Assembly (NCBI RefSeq): GCF_009914755.1
Contig: NC_060928.1
Origin: the human T2T-CHM13v2.0 reference genome, Homo sapiens
Strand: one strand, 5' to 3'
Length of the DNA: 64,000 bases
Below, in pieces: positions 1 through 15,596 of this stretch (position 1 is the stretch's first letter; each line of letters starts with the position of its first letter). Position numbers and translations under genes: made by a program. The notes under the pieces were generated by a model. The model searched no databases. It saw nothing but the letters and a program-made list of their open reading frames with translations, and was not told the DNA's origin.

Positions 1-916
1 TATCAATAATTTTATTGATAAAAAGTACAGTAACACACTTGTGGCTCCCTAGGAAAAAAGCTTAATACAATGATAATCATCAAGTAGTGAAAAAAAATAG
101 TTCCTTTTCTAAAGGGTTAAGTTTTTGGTATGCCTTACTGTAGGAAAATTCATGAATAAGGATCTTGAAATCTTATGAGGTAATAATCTGGGAACAGCTA
201 TCGTTCCCAGTGATTTCAAAAAAATCCTTATGAGTATTTTTATGTTCACTAAAATAAACCAGTATAGACAGTATGTTAAAAAAGACATTACAGTGTCTTT
301 CTATATCCTAACCTAGCAATAATAGATTTGTACAATTACTTTCTACCGCTTTCCTGCTAGAAAATGTTAGGTGCTCCTGCTCCAAAAGTTTTATGAAATG
401 CTTATAAAATCAGATTGCTATGCTGCCATAGGAAAAGCCCTTTCACCCAGGGCTGACTCTCCATCTGATTGCCTTCCCTGTTTTCTGAGTAAAGGGTTGA
501 TGATCTCTCCTTTTCAATTTCTGTTACGGTCCCAGAAGTTTAGAGTAACTTTGATGTGAGAGCTATTCTGGGGGATTTGTATTTGAGCTGCTTTCCATAG
601 CTGTGTGGTATGTCTTCAGTCCCCTTTCCAGGACACAGGCTGGTTACTCAGCCTCAGTCGTGTCCCTGAGAATGCCATCCACAGCATGTCTCAGCAACCA
701 CCTTAAGTGGGAGCACAGCTGTTGGTCAAAGATGTGGTTATCCCTACTTCCTTTATCTCTCCCTAGACTTTCTTGCTGTTTTATACCTTTACTTGTCTTT
801 CAATTGCTTTTTTAAAACTCCCCATCTATTAAACAATAGATATTGACATGTTTTCTATCCTTCAAATCTTTTTTATTTATTTGGTTTCCCAGCTTTATTT
901 TTTTCCAATTAAAATT

Positions 917-1038
917 ATTTTTGAGACGAGGTCTGGCCATGTTGACCAGGCTGGTCTTGAACTCCTGGCCTCAAGCAATCCTCCCACCTCTGCCTCCCAA
1001 GTAGCTGGGATTACAGGCATGAGCCACGGCGCCCAGCC
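917..1038 (-). mobile_element. Alu monomer (FLAM-like)
   Basis: Single Alu left-arm sequence, reverse orientation. Confidence 0.85.
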
Positions 1039-1132
1039 TCTTACAATTTCGAAGCACTCACTTTTTCCTCCTTTTCCAAGTATCCCCAACACAAGGCATT
1101 TCATGACTATCAGAAACCAAATTCAAGAGAGA

Positions 1133-1405
1133 AGTGCTGTCCAATGTAAATACAACCACAAATATAATTTTAAATTTTCTGGTAGGTGCATTTAATAAGT
1201 CAAAAAAAAAAACACAACAAAAAACAGGTGAAATTAATCTCACCAATATATTTAAATACTATCATTTCAAAATGTAATTGATATGAAAATGTTTTTTGTG
1301 TAAGTCTTTGAAATTCAGTATGTATTTTACACTTAGAGTACATCTTATTTCATATTTTAGGTGTTCAGTAGTCACATGAGCTAGTGGCTACTATACTGGA
1401 CAACA
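1133..1405. mobile_element. MER33-like hAT-Charlie DNA transposon relic
   Basis: Ends gtgctgtccaat ... tagtggctactatactggacaaca resemble the MER33/MER3 termini. Confidence 0.7.
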
Positions 1406-1782
1406 TAATTCTAGAGGTTTTAGATAAGAAGATATATATAAAAGGAGATCTAGGTACTTGAGAATTTTGTAGAAGAGAAATTAGTTCAGTAAGAATTACT
1501 CTAGCACAATTGTAGGTCCACTGTTAATAGCAATCTTTTAAATTTGCAGACCAAATATAAATTCTCCTTAAAGCTCCTAATTTTAAAAAATTATTTTGTA
1601 GGGTGCTTCTTTCTTCCCTTTCTATTGGTTTTCCCCAGAGAAGACTACGTGTGGATATCTACTATAAAACATGTGTGCATGGAAAATTGTAGGGCCAGAT
1701 GCTTCTGGATTAAGAGAACATGACCAGGTGAGTGCGCCAAGCAAGTGCTTGGAGATATTAATGTCTTAATTGGAGATACTTA

Positions 1783-2004
<222 letters not shown>

Positions 2005-3317
2005 TTAGTTTCTAAAAGTAAATTTATAACACACAGAACACAGATGTATATAGCAATAAGCATTATATGAATAGAACTATCATGCTCATGTGTTTCTGTG
2101 TATATGCGTATGTGAATTCTTTTTAAATTTGTCTACGTCCCTCATGTGCTTCACTTAAAAATAGCCTTCAGGAATGGTTACTCTTCCTGGGACCCTGCCT
2201 CCCCACAGCGCCCCCTTCTCATTTGGTCCTAGGGTTAACCTTGAGTGGTTTCAGCAGGAGTGCCTTGGAGGTGAACAAAAAGTGGGATGAGAAGTCAAAG
2301 GGGAGTCCAGAACTTCTTCCCCAGGAGTTTTTCTTCCCTCTTGTTCTGTTGCCCCTTTTCCCCCAGCCCCAGTGCAGATATCACCAGTAGTGGGCCCAGC
2401 CCTCATCCCATGTCCCCTCCACCCAAAGAGCCCTCCCCTAGCCCAGGGGATGAAATGATGAGAGCCCCAGGCTATTTCCTTCTGCTGTGTGGAAGGGTCC
2501 TGCATGTACCCCAGCACCCTCTGTGACCTTCCAAGGCCTTTCCTTGTTCCCAAAGGGTCTAAGTGGAGAAGGAAAAGGATGAGGATGGAGGGCGAGTGGA
2601 GAGAATCTAGAAGGAAGCCCTCCCCTCTGCTGGTTTCCTTCTTCATTGGCAGTAAAGGCCCTTAGAAAAAAACTACAAGAAGGACCATGTGACCAGCTTC
2701 ATGTCTAGGAGGATGGGGGAAGAGGTTGGGAGCCCAGTTCCATTCTTGGAGGGCCACAGCAGAGGGGCTATGCCCATTGGTACAAGAGGTAGTGGATGGA
2801 AAAGCTGGGGGCTTATCTTTGTTGCTCAAAGAAAATGAAGAGGTGGCTAGAAAGCTGCTTACAAGGGTGTGCAGTGGCAGAAGGCCCTGTTTGCCTCACA
2901 TCCCTTTCCCTGCACATCCTCTTGGAGTCTCTTTCCTGCTTTTCACTCCAAACTGCATTAAGAGTCTTGCTCCAGATATTTAGCCCCACCCTCTCATCCC
3001 CAAGTCCTGAGCCCTGTCTCTGACTCTCTCACCTTCCCCAGCTCACTCCCTGTTGGAGCCATTGCACCAAATACTTAAGATCTATGATATCACTAGCATA
3101 AGGTTTCAATATGATTTTAATAGGTGCTCTATTTCACTGAGTTCCAGTCAGAAGGGACCTTCTGAACATCATGGTTTAAATGGGTTGTGGGCTAGCTCCT
3201 GAAATGTGTTGTCATTTACATCACTTCTATGGTGAACCACCTTCTGCACTTGAAGCAACTGATATTCAAGGGCTGTCTGTGCTGCCACCTACTCCACCAG
3301 GTGTGATCCTGCCCCAG

Positions 3318-3587
3318 GGGGGAGTAGGCAGGGGTGAGCTACGTGGGGGACCAGGCAGAGGTGAGCTACGTGGGGGAGTGGGCAGGGGTGAGCTACGTGG
3401 GGGAGCGGGCAGGGGTGAGCTGTGTGGGGGAGCGGGCAGGGGTGAGCTGCGTGGGGGAGCGGGCAGGGGTAGGCTGCGTGGGGGAGCGGGCAGGGGTGAG
3501 CTGCGTGGGGGAGCGGGCAGGGGTGAGCTGCGTGGGGGAGTGGGCAGGGGTGAACTGCGTGGGGGAGTGGGCAGGGGTGAGTTAAGT
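3318..3587. repeat. 27-bp G-rich VNTR, 10 copies (GGGGGAGYGGGCAGGGGTGAGCTRCGT)
   Basis: Units counted directly. Confidence 0.95.
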
Positions 3588-4418
3588 GGAGACAGAAACT
3601 TGCATGGGCTGCAGAAGTTGGCTGAAATTACTGTGAGGCTGTGTGGCCTCGAAAGGAAGCCAGAGAAGGCTTTTGGCGTCTTTCTGCCACAGTGACTCTT
3701 GAGCCATGGGTTCTTTTCATTTGTCAGTACTGAGCAGTTTAGATCATTGCTCAGGGCAGCCAGATCAAGGCGGAAGTTTATGTTGCTAAAAGTGGTGATG
3801 GTGGAGAAACAGGCAAGCTCTGAGAGGGTCCCCTCTACTAGGCCCCCAACACCTGCCAGTACCAGAATATGGTTCCTTGAACTCCGCACACACTGGTGAC
3901 CCATTTCCCTGCCTTAAGGGGCCTCTCTCAAACTTCCGCCAGCATTAGAGATGTTTTAGGACTAATAACCTTTAAACTGCAGGGTTTCTCTGTGCAAAGC
4001 GGTTTGTTGAATTAATGAAGCCATAGCATGCTTTTGGGAGCAGGAGCTTTGCAGCCAAGTAGTTCTTTGGTCTGATCCAAGGCTTTGCTGCTTACTGCCC
4101 ATGGGACTTTGGTCAATTTACTTGGCATTCCTTCCTATGATTGCCTAATTTATAACATGAGGATAACACTAGCTCCTAAAGTTGTTCTGAAGGTTGTGTG
4201 AGCTAATGTATTGATGTTTATTGACTTGGCACACTAAATGCTCAATATGTCATATCACTGTTATGGATGTGTTCAGTTTTCCAAATCTCAAGCCCCACTT
4301 CTCCTGCCATTTTCCTGCTTATTGCGGGTACCTATTTTCAGGAACAGTAGAGTCCAGAATTTCCTTGCTACCCAGACTTACACTGTAAGGCAGATAAGCC
4401 AGATAGGAGATTGTTTAA

Positions 4419-4883
<465 letters not shown>

Positions 4884-6434
4884 TAGTTGAGAGGAAACTC
4901 ACTTCCCCTTCTTTGGGCACCCCATCCTGAAACAAGAGCTTGATGTGCTCTCAAAGAGAAATAGTAGGCTTTGAACTGCTGGTGCTGGAGACCACTGCTC
5001 ATGGGTCTGCCTTCTACAGCAATGCTGATTTCTTCATCCAGCTCCCCTAGCCTGTAATGAAATCCTCTGCTTCCAAATGGAAGATAGTTAAAATGTGACT
5101 CACCTGTAATACAATAATTAAGCAAAGATCCATGGTAATTCTGGGGCCTATTGCCTCTTATGTACAGGAGCTCCATCCTGACTGCTCTTCTAGAAGAGGC
5201 CCTACTTCACCTTGCTCAGTGATGTCTCTTCAAATGGCAGCTGAGTTTGCTTTATAAAGTCAGTGGAGCCTCTTGACTCTCAGACTATCCTCTAGGGCTT
5301 GGAGTTGTGCAGGCAGGAAGAAGCTGAGAGGACATGCTTTGGGCATGGGAAAGAGAGCGGACATATGCAAGCCATAAAGGGTAATGAGGCAGCATTTGGG
5401 TATTTCTTGTAATAAAGTTCCTCTGCATTGCACGAACTGATGTGCACAAAGACACTGCCTTTAGATGGGGTAATTCATTCTACAGTGGATAGGCGAACCA
5501 TTCTCATGGAAATACAACATAGATTATATCCAGGGGATGAAAACAAGCACATTTTGATTCATCCCAAACTCAGAGCACTTTCACAAATCTTAAATAACTT
5601 AGAATATTTTCTAAGGAGAAAGGTACCATACATTCACTTTACTGATTGATAAGCCAGACACTACAAGGGCTGTCCAAGATCCCAAATTGGCCAGTTTATA
5701 AGGTCTCCTACCACCACCCAGACCTCTTCCTCTTTAGTTTAGTGGAACTGAACTAAAATACTCATAACATGAATTCATGTATTTGGATATCCATTTTTAT
5801 CATCACATTTATTTATCTGATTTCTCATTGGATATTTTTCCTTCTCCTAACTTGAAGGAAAAGTTGATATACATGTTTCCTACTTTTTTAGAGGATGAAG
5901 ACAAATGTCTAAATAATCATAAAAGTATTTCACTGAAGCTTATGATTTATTCTTCCAAAAGGTCAAATTTAGCATTGTTTTATCACTATTTTACATTTTA
6001 CACACTTTATCTCATTCCAGTTTTATCATGATGAGGATATGGATTTTATCCACAGAACAGGGAGGGCAAAAGCAAGCCTGTGGGCACAGTATGTGATGAT
6101 AAGCACTTTGGAAGGATTTGTGAATGATACAACGGAGTTATACAAATCTTTGGAAGCTGACAATGGTAATTAAAGTGACCATTGGAATATTAAACCATCA
6201 TTTGTTATTAGAGTAATAAGTTGTCCATGACTTATGATTTATTACATGTTTTCAGGTTGAAACACAACTTTCAACTCTTGCTCTATTTTAAAATGTGTGA
6301 CACAACTTATAGTGGAATAAAGAAAAATGCTGAGGTAAAAATAAACTTGCAAATAATGCTCTAGAAATTTTAAACAATAGTTTCACTTCTTTCTTCTGCA
6401 TTTCACTAGCTAATATTTGAAGTAATAAATTTTA

Positions 6435-6797
<363 letters not shown>

Positions 6798-8599
6798 TCA
6801 GAGAAATGAACAGGAAGTATCTTTCAATGACCAAGTGCCTGAATGGCATCTCCACTATTAAATGAGTCTGAAGCATTGCTGGGAGAACCACCTTCACCAT
6901 CATGTCTGTACCATGCAACTGGTTCACCATCAAACTGTAAGCTTCCCTAGACAGGCCAGGCTATGGGGAGTATGGGCACAATTATCTGAAAATTCCAATG
7001 GGAAACAATCCAAAATACCCGCCCTCTGTCACTTCCTTTCATCTGACAATTTTAGATTAAAGGCCTTTGGGGCCTCCATAGAGATGTGATTTTGGACAAG
7101 GGAGCCTCACTTTAGTTGTATAATTGGGGGTACAGATGCTTGCACTGCTTCCCTGCACTCACTGAGGCGGGGATCAAACGAGATCAGGAATGGAAAGCAC
7201 TCTGAAAACCATACTGCACTACACAGAGCCCAGGGGCTTTGTTACTGTCATGTATCCATACGAAAGTGACAGCAATGTCAAAGGAGGAAGTGGAGGTCAG
7301 AGTTTCAGAGAAGCCCCTGGGATGTCTTCTGCCTGCAGTCCCAGGGCACTCTGCAAGGTTTCCTGTTCGTTTGGTGCATAAACCTTTTGTGATCTGTGCC
7401 ATTGACCTGAGTCCAAGTAGCCTTCAGAGGGTCCTTTAATCTGGTCCCATTCCCATAGGTCAGGGAGCAGGGCAGAGTGAACTGACTGTCTGTGGGTCAC
7501 TGATGTGATATGGTTACCATAGCTATACTCCTACTCCTCGAAGCAGGCCTAGTACCAGCTAGTCACCCCTCTTGGGAAAAGCAGACAGCTTTAATCAATA
7601 GCAATATCCTTTGGTCTTTTATGTTTTCTCGCATTCAGACTAAACACCTATTATTTGCTCAGAATGAACATAAGGGGAACGGCAAAGAGGGTTTTGTCTC
7701 AAGGGTGTACGTTAACTAATTTTTAGTGGTAGCCTGCAGCGCTCTGTTGAGGATTCTGAGCCTGGATCCTGGTTCAGTGGTAGAGTCTTATAATCAGTTA
7801 ATGAAGTCTGCCAGCAATGTGGGAAGAGTGGTTAGAGCTTGCTTATCGCATATTCATCATCCTGAGTATTAAAAAGGCTGCTGCCATTTGTTTTCTTTAC
7901 CTTCTCAATCTTTGCAATAGAAAAGGGAGGCTTAGAACAAAAGAGTCTATGGATATATTGTTGGATCCTTTAAACAGGTCTTGGTGATAATAGTCTAAGG
8001 TCAATAACCAAAGCTCTTGGACAGGACTTCAAGATAGAAATGAGAAAGGCAAGACCACAGCCATTCTTCTTTCAATGTCAGATAAGAAGACATTTCCCAG
8101 GCTCACCATTCTCCTTTGATTGCTCCATCCTCATAAATGATCTGAAGTCTTCTTAGAATTGCTCTGAATCTTCTTTCAGAGAACCCTAGAGTTGTTATCA
8201 TAGATATGCACTTAAACAAAAACACACACGGAGCAAGTCTGAGGTGAGTATCTGAGGAGTTCGGGAACAAATCCTATAACTTCAATTTTTGTTTTTTAAC
8301 TTCAAGGAATACTTTCAGGGAAAAAAATCCACTCTTTAATCTTGCCTCCATTTATCAGATAACTGCTTTAAATTTCCATCCTACTTTGTGGGTGTGGAAA
8401 ATGAATGAGTTAGCACCTTTATGTAATTGAGATAAATACACATACACAAATAGGAAAAACAAGCTTTACTTAAGGAAGTAGAATAGTTTTCAAGAGGACC
8501 CGAAACCATATGCTAAGTAACCAAGACTCAAGATGTGCTTACTTAAGCATTCAGCAACTTTGACCCTCTGCTATTGACAGTAAAAGTATGCAGCACCAT

Positions 8600-8877
8600 G
8601 GCCTGGTGTGGTGGCTCATGCCTGTAATCCCAGCAGTTTGGGAGGCGGGGGTGGATGAATTTCTTGAGCTCAGGAGCTTGAGACCAGCCTGGGCAACATG
8701 GCCAAACCCTGTCTCTACAAAAATTAGCCAGACGTGGTGGTATGTGCCTGTAGTCCCAGCTACTCAGAAGGCTGAGGTGGGAGGACCACCTGAGCCCTTG
8801 AGGTCAAGGCTGCAGTGAGTTGAGATCATGACACTGCACCGGGTGACAGAGTTAGACCCTGTCTTAAAAAAAAAAAA
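8600..8877 (+). mobile_element. Alu (J-type)
   Basis: Diverged dimeric Alu with A tail. Confidence 0.9.
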
Positions 8878-10078
8878 GTGGGTAGCACCTTAACAAAAAT
8901 CTTATCAGCATATTGGTCATTTATTTTCTGTAGCTGATTTTGGAGATAGTTCTTTATCATAAATTATACATTTGCTGACTTAAAAGATCATTACTTCTGG
9001 TAGTAAAGAAGGAAATGGACATGAACTTCATCTTTCAAAGTCTGATCATCTGTCGTTTGCATTTTTCCTCTTTCTATTTTAAGAATTTGTTTCATTTTTT
9101 TATTTCCCCATAAAATACTGGAGTTTTTTAAAATAAAAACTTGAGTTGGTTCATTTTAATTCAGTGGAACTACTATGCTCTTATATTTTATACTTTAGAT
9201 CTAAGCCAAAATATAAGACTAATCAATTTCTTCTAATCCATGGAGTTACAATCCATGATAGTTTGGAGCTACAGCTGGACTATATTTTAATAAAACCAGT
9301 TCTCTTCCTGTAGATCCATAAGTATGAACAATTTCTAGAAGATGTCAAATTTCTCTTGATGCCTAGATTTAATTAATAGTGAGTAACAATGTTCAATGTA
9401 CAGACATTGTACTTTTAAAAATAGGCTTTGGAGATCAAAAAGGAAAAGAAAGCAAAAAATCATTAGAATGTATTATGTGTGCAAATATTTTATTTCTTAA
9501 CTATCTTTAAAATGTAACCCAGCACCATATTTTCTCAATATATGAAGGGAAAGTTCAGTAATTTGCTCTGTGAATTCAATGATTGCATGGCTAGTCATTT
9601 TGAAATGAGAGACACATTTCATATCAATTTAAAAGATTCTTTATCAATTTCCAGAGCAGTTAAAATTTCTCATTTTAAATAGTAACTGCCATATATGAAA
9701 TGTAGGAATGCTGTCCCTCATAAATAAACACGTGAAATATATGAAATCGAGGCACATACATGCAAAGAAGGAAGCCTGGCATCTGGAACTCATTAATAAT
9801 GCCACAGGGGTCACCATCTGGGCATGTGTGTATAAAACACATCTGCACTACTGGCAACGGGTGGCTCATGCATCTGGATCACATCACTCACGTTCTCCCC
9901 AACCACATATCATAGCAGGAGGAATTTCCTGAGGAATCAGATGCTGCCCAAAAGTACCATGGTTTTTTTGTGTTGCCATGCACATAATGAATCTGAAAAG
10001 AATTACAGATCAAGCTAAAACAAAGATACCTTTCATTTGGCTAATTGTACAGAATGATGAATGGGCCATGCAATATTA

Positions 10079-10175
10079 AAAGAAAGAAGGAAAGAGAAAG
10101 AAAGAGAGAGAGAGAGGGAGGGAGGAAGGAAGGAAGGAAGGAAGGAAGGAAACAAGGAAAAAAAGAAAAAAATAA
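10079..10175. repeat. Polypurine tract (GAAA/GA/GGAA)n
   Basis: Includes 7 consecutive GGAA at 10124-10151. Confidence 0.9.
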
Positions 10176-10221
10176 ATAAATTATGTGTGTTCATTTCCTC
10201 TGCACTGCAAATCCCAAACTA

Positions 10222-10798
<577 letters not shown>

Positions 10799-13022
10799 CT
10801 AGATGGCTGATTTTGTTATTTAAACTTTTAAAGGAGGTTCTGCAATGTTATATACATATGTATTTAAGTATGTATGTATTTGTGTCTTGCCTCATTTTAA
10901 AAAGATTTGAGCAGACATAATGCTTTATTGGCCCAGTAATATTTTCTAGTATTTCACAGCTATTAATAGGCAGGAAGGTTGATTTAAATAGAGCAATGCT
11001 TCAATCTGGAAAATTATTTGCACTGTATTGAGGCAAGTTAATAGTGTGTCTGAAACCCAAGTTCTGGGCATGTAGTCATCAGGCCTTCTACTGATTTGTG
11101 AAGTCAGAGAAGGATTCTTTTTTGGCACTCTTCTGTCTACTTGCTGCAGATATGGAAAGTAACTGCACATAAAAGAAGGTGGAGAGGGTGATGTTGAATG
11201 AAATTTTATTTCTAGTTAAATGCTGTTCAAAGCATTTGGAAATGATTTAACTTTGAGGCTTTGCCTACATCTATAACATATCAAGATTACCAGCTGGAAA
11301 GGGAAAAATTCAAATACCCGGATGCTTGGACTATGCTGTGCTAAAAATGCGACTATTTGAAAACATCCAGGTATTTAGTAGTATCTCACATGAAATAAGA
11401 ATTTCCCACCTTCTTTCCACTTTTGACATCACATAGGAGCAGTTAACATTATATTTCTATACTTTATTTTCTAAATAAACCATTTCTTTTGCTTTAGGTA
11501 TTTATAATAAGCTGCTCTGATGTACACAGCTCCTACAGACCGCAGAACATAATCTATCTAGACAAATTTAAAAGACCACCTCAGAAGACGGGCATACTTG
11601 TTAAAAAGTTGTATCTGAAAATATTCTGAGCTTTTTGAATTAGTCTGTGTCCTCTTTAAGTACATGATCTGAATTATGCATAAAAGAATGTGAAAATAAT
11701 AATCCTTTATAATGAATAATACCTTCAGGGTAAAAATAATATGCATAAATAATAATACATGCAGTATACAAAGCTTTTACACATATTACTATAAGTGCAC
11801 TTCCTACTTTTTTTCTAACTTCCATCCCTTGCTTTTCTGTAAACTCGCATTCCAACAGTAAGTAACCTGGCTCCCACTAGCTGCTATTTACTTAATTGTT
11901 CAATTCCTGTGTACATACACAGCAGTATGATCATTGTTAATTTGTATCCCCACGGGGAACAATTTTATCAAGTGGAATACAGTACTTTTTTGCAGTTCCT
12001 ATTGCCTTCATCTTACAGACTCTGCTCATTTCCAAAGTTACTTAAAGAGGGGACGATACTTTTCCCCTCTCTACCCTTCAGTGAGGTTGTTTTCCATATT
12101 TTTAATGCAGTTAGATCCCCTTGCACAGTCTGCATTTCTCCCTGGAATCCCCCAACCTCCTAAATGATTCTTAAAAATGTTCCTATTTTGAAGTCCGGTT
12201 TTTGTGCTGTACAGCTCTATGACATTTGACAAATGCATAATATATTGTACCCACAATACAATATTACACAAATTAATTTTACTACTCCAGAATTCCTGAC
12301 CTATTTATTTTCCTCTCTTCCCCTCAAACCACTGATTGTTTTGCTGTCTCTATAGTTTTGTGGTTTTCAGAATGTCATATAATTGAAACCATACAGTATG
12401 TAGCTTTTTCACATTGGTTTGTTTCACTATGACTTGTTTCACCAAAGTTCATCCATGTCTTTTCATGACACAATAGCTTATTTCTTTTTATTATTGAATA
12501 GTATTCCATTGCATGAATGTACCACAGTTTATTTATCCAGCTTTTAAAGGATATCTTGGTTGCTACCAGTTTTGGGCAATTATGAATAAAGGTGCTGTAA
12601 ATATTTGCATGCAGGTTTTTGTGTGAATGTAGGTTTTCAATTTAACTGGGTAAATACCCAGTAGAGTGATTATATAGTAAGCCTATGTTTAGCTTTGTGG
12701 GAGACTGCCAAACAGCCTTCAAAAATAGCTTTACCATTATTTGCATTCCCAACAACGAGAGTTCCTGCTACTCCACATTGTCATCAGTATTTGGTATTGT
12801 CAGTTTTTTGAATTTTAGCTATTCTAATAGGTGTGTAGTGTTATCTTATTATTGCCTTAATTCTCTAATGACACGATGAGATGATGAGCTCCTTTTCATA
12901 TGCATATTTGCCATCTGTAAGTTTTCCTTAGTAGGAATTAATTACATGTGTAATTAATTACATAAGTTAATCCAGATCTTTTGCCATTTTTAATGAGTTG
13001 TTTTCTCGTGGTTGAGTTTTAA

Positions 13023-13408
<386 letters not shown>

Positions 13409-15293
13409 TCATTCTCTTAACAGTATCTTTTCCATAGCAGTTTTTAATTTCAATAAAATCTATCTTATTTATATTTTCTCTCATGGATCATGCTTTTGGT
13501 ACCATATCTAAAAACCCATCATCAAATACAAGTAAACCTAGATTTTTTTCCTATGTTATCTTCTCAAAGTCTTACAGTTTTGCATTTTTCATTTAGGCCC
13601 AAGATTCATTTCGAATTAATTTTTCTAAAAGGTGTATTGTATGTTCTGTGTCTGTGTCTATTTTTTTTTTTTTTTTGGCGTGTGAAAATCCAGCTGTTCC
13701 ACAACCATTTGTTGGAAAGACTATCTTTCTCTATTGAATTGCCTTTGTCCTTTGTCATGGATCAGTGACTGTATTTGTTTGGGGGTCTATTTGTGGGCTC
13801 TCTATTCTGTTCCATTGACCTATGTGTCTATTCTTTCACCAGTACCATGCTATATTTATTACTGTAGCTTTACAGTAAGTCTTGAAATTGGGCAGTGTCA
13901 GTCCTCCAACTTTGTCTTTCAGTGTTGTGTTGTCTATTGTGGGTCCTTTGCTTTTCCACATGAACTGTAGAATCAGTTTGTTGACATACACAAAGTACCT
14001 TGCTGAGATTTTAGTTGAGATTGTGTTTAATCTATAGATCTATAGATCAAGTCAGGAAGACTGGACATATTGATATTGAATCTTCCAATCTATGAATATG
14101 GAATAATCTTTCCATTAATTTATATCTCTTTTCTCTGTATAGATCCTGTACATATTTTGATAGATTTATGACTAAGTATTTATATTTTTTTGGTGCAACT
14201 GTAAATGGTATTGTGTTTTAATTTCAAATTCTAATGGTTCATTACTGGTAACAATTGACTTTTGTATATTTACTTTGTATCTTCCAACCTTGCTATAATC
14301 ACTTATTATTTCCATGAGTTTATGTTGATTCTTTGAGATTTTCCATATAGACAATCATGTAAGATGGTTTTAATTTTTCTTTCTAATCTGCATACCTTTT
14401 ATTTCCTATCTTGCTGCACTAGCAAGGACTTCCTGTACAATGTTGAATAGGAGTGGTGAGACAGGACATTCTTTCCTTCTTCCTTATCTTAGAGGGAAAT
14501 CATCCAGTTTCTCACCATTAAGTATGTCAGTTGTAGGCTTTCTGTAGGCACTCTTTATCAAGTTGGGAAATTCCCTTTTATTCCTAGTTTGCTGAGAGTT
14601 TTACATGAATGCATGCTAGACCTTGCCAAATGCTTCTGCTACATCTATTGATATGATCACAGGACTTTCTTCTTTAGCCTCTTGATGTGATTATTTACAT
14701 AAATTGATTTTTAATTGTTGAGTCAGCCTTTCATATCTGGAATAAATCTCACTTGATTGTGGTGTATAATTCATTTTATACATTGTTGGATTTGCTCTGC
14801 TAATATTTTGATGAAGATTTTTGGATTTATGTTTTTGAGAGATTTTGGTCTACAGTTTCCTTTTCTTGTAATGTCTTCATATGGTAAGTCTTGAAATTGG
14901 GCAGTGTCAGTCCTCCAACTTTGTCTTTCTGGTTTTTTTATGAGGGTAATGCTGGCCTCAATGAATGAATTTGCAAGTACTCCCTCTGTTTCTATTTTCT
15001 GGGAGAGATTGTAGAGAACTGGTATCATTTCTTCTTTAAATGTTTGGTAGAATTTACCAGTGAAACTACCTGGGCTTGGTGCTTTCTTTTTTGGAAGGTT
15101 ATTAATTATTGATTGAAATTTTAAATTGATATAGGCCTATTCAGTTCATCTATTTCTCCTTGTGCGAGTTTTGGTATAGTTTGTGTCTTTCAAAGAATTA
15201 GCCCACCTCATCTAATTTATCCAAATTTGTGTGCACAGAATTGTTTGTAGCCTTTTCTTTTTATGTCCATGGGATTAGTAATGATGATCTCAT

Positions 15294-15596
15294 TTTCTTT
15301 TCTCTTTTTTCAGGGAGACAGGGCCTCTCTCTGTGACCCAGGCTGGAATGCAGTGGCACAACCATAGCTCACTGTACCTCCAACTCCTGGGCTTAAGCAA
15401 TCCTCCTGCCTCAGCCTCCTGAGTAGCTAGGACTACAGGCACGTGCCATGATGCCTGGCTAATTTTCAAATTTTTTGTAGAGATGGGGTCTCATTATGTT
15501 GCCCAGGCTGGTCTTGAACTCTTGGCCTCAAGTGATCCTCCCACCTCAACCTCCCAAGTGCTGGGATGACAGGTGTGAGTCACTAAGCCTAGCCCA
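15294..15596 (-). mobile_element. AluJ-like
   Basis: Diverged dimeric Alu. Confidence 0.88.

Noticed and set aside
3180-3904. 171-aa Gly/Arg-rich and 212-aa Pro-rich ORFs
   Set aside because: They result from a stop-free 27-bp (9-codon) VNTR; no splice or promoter support
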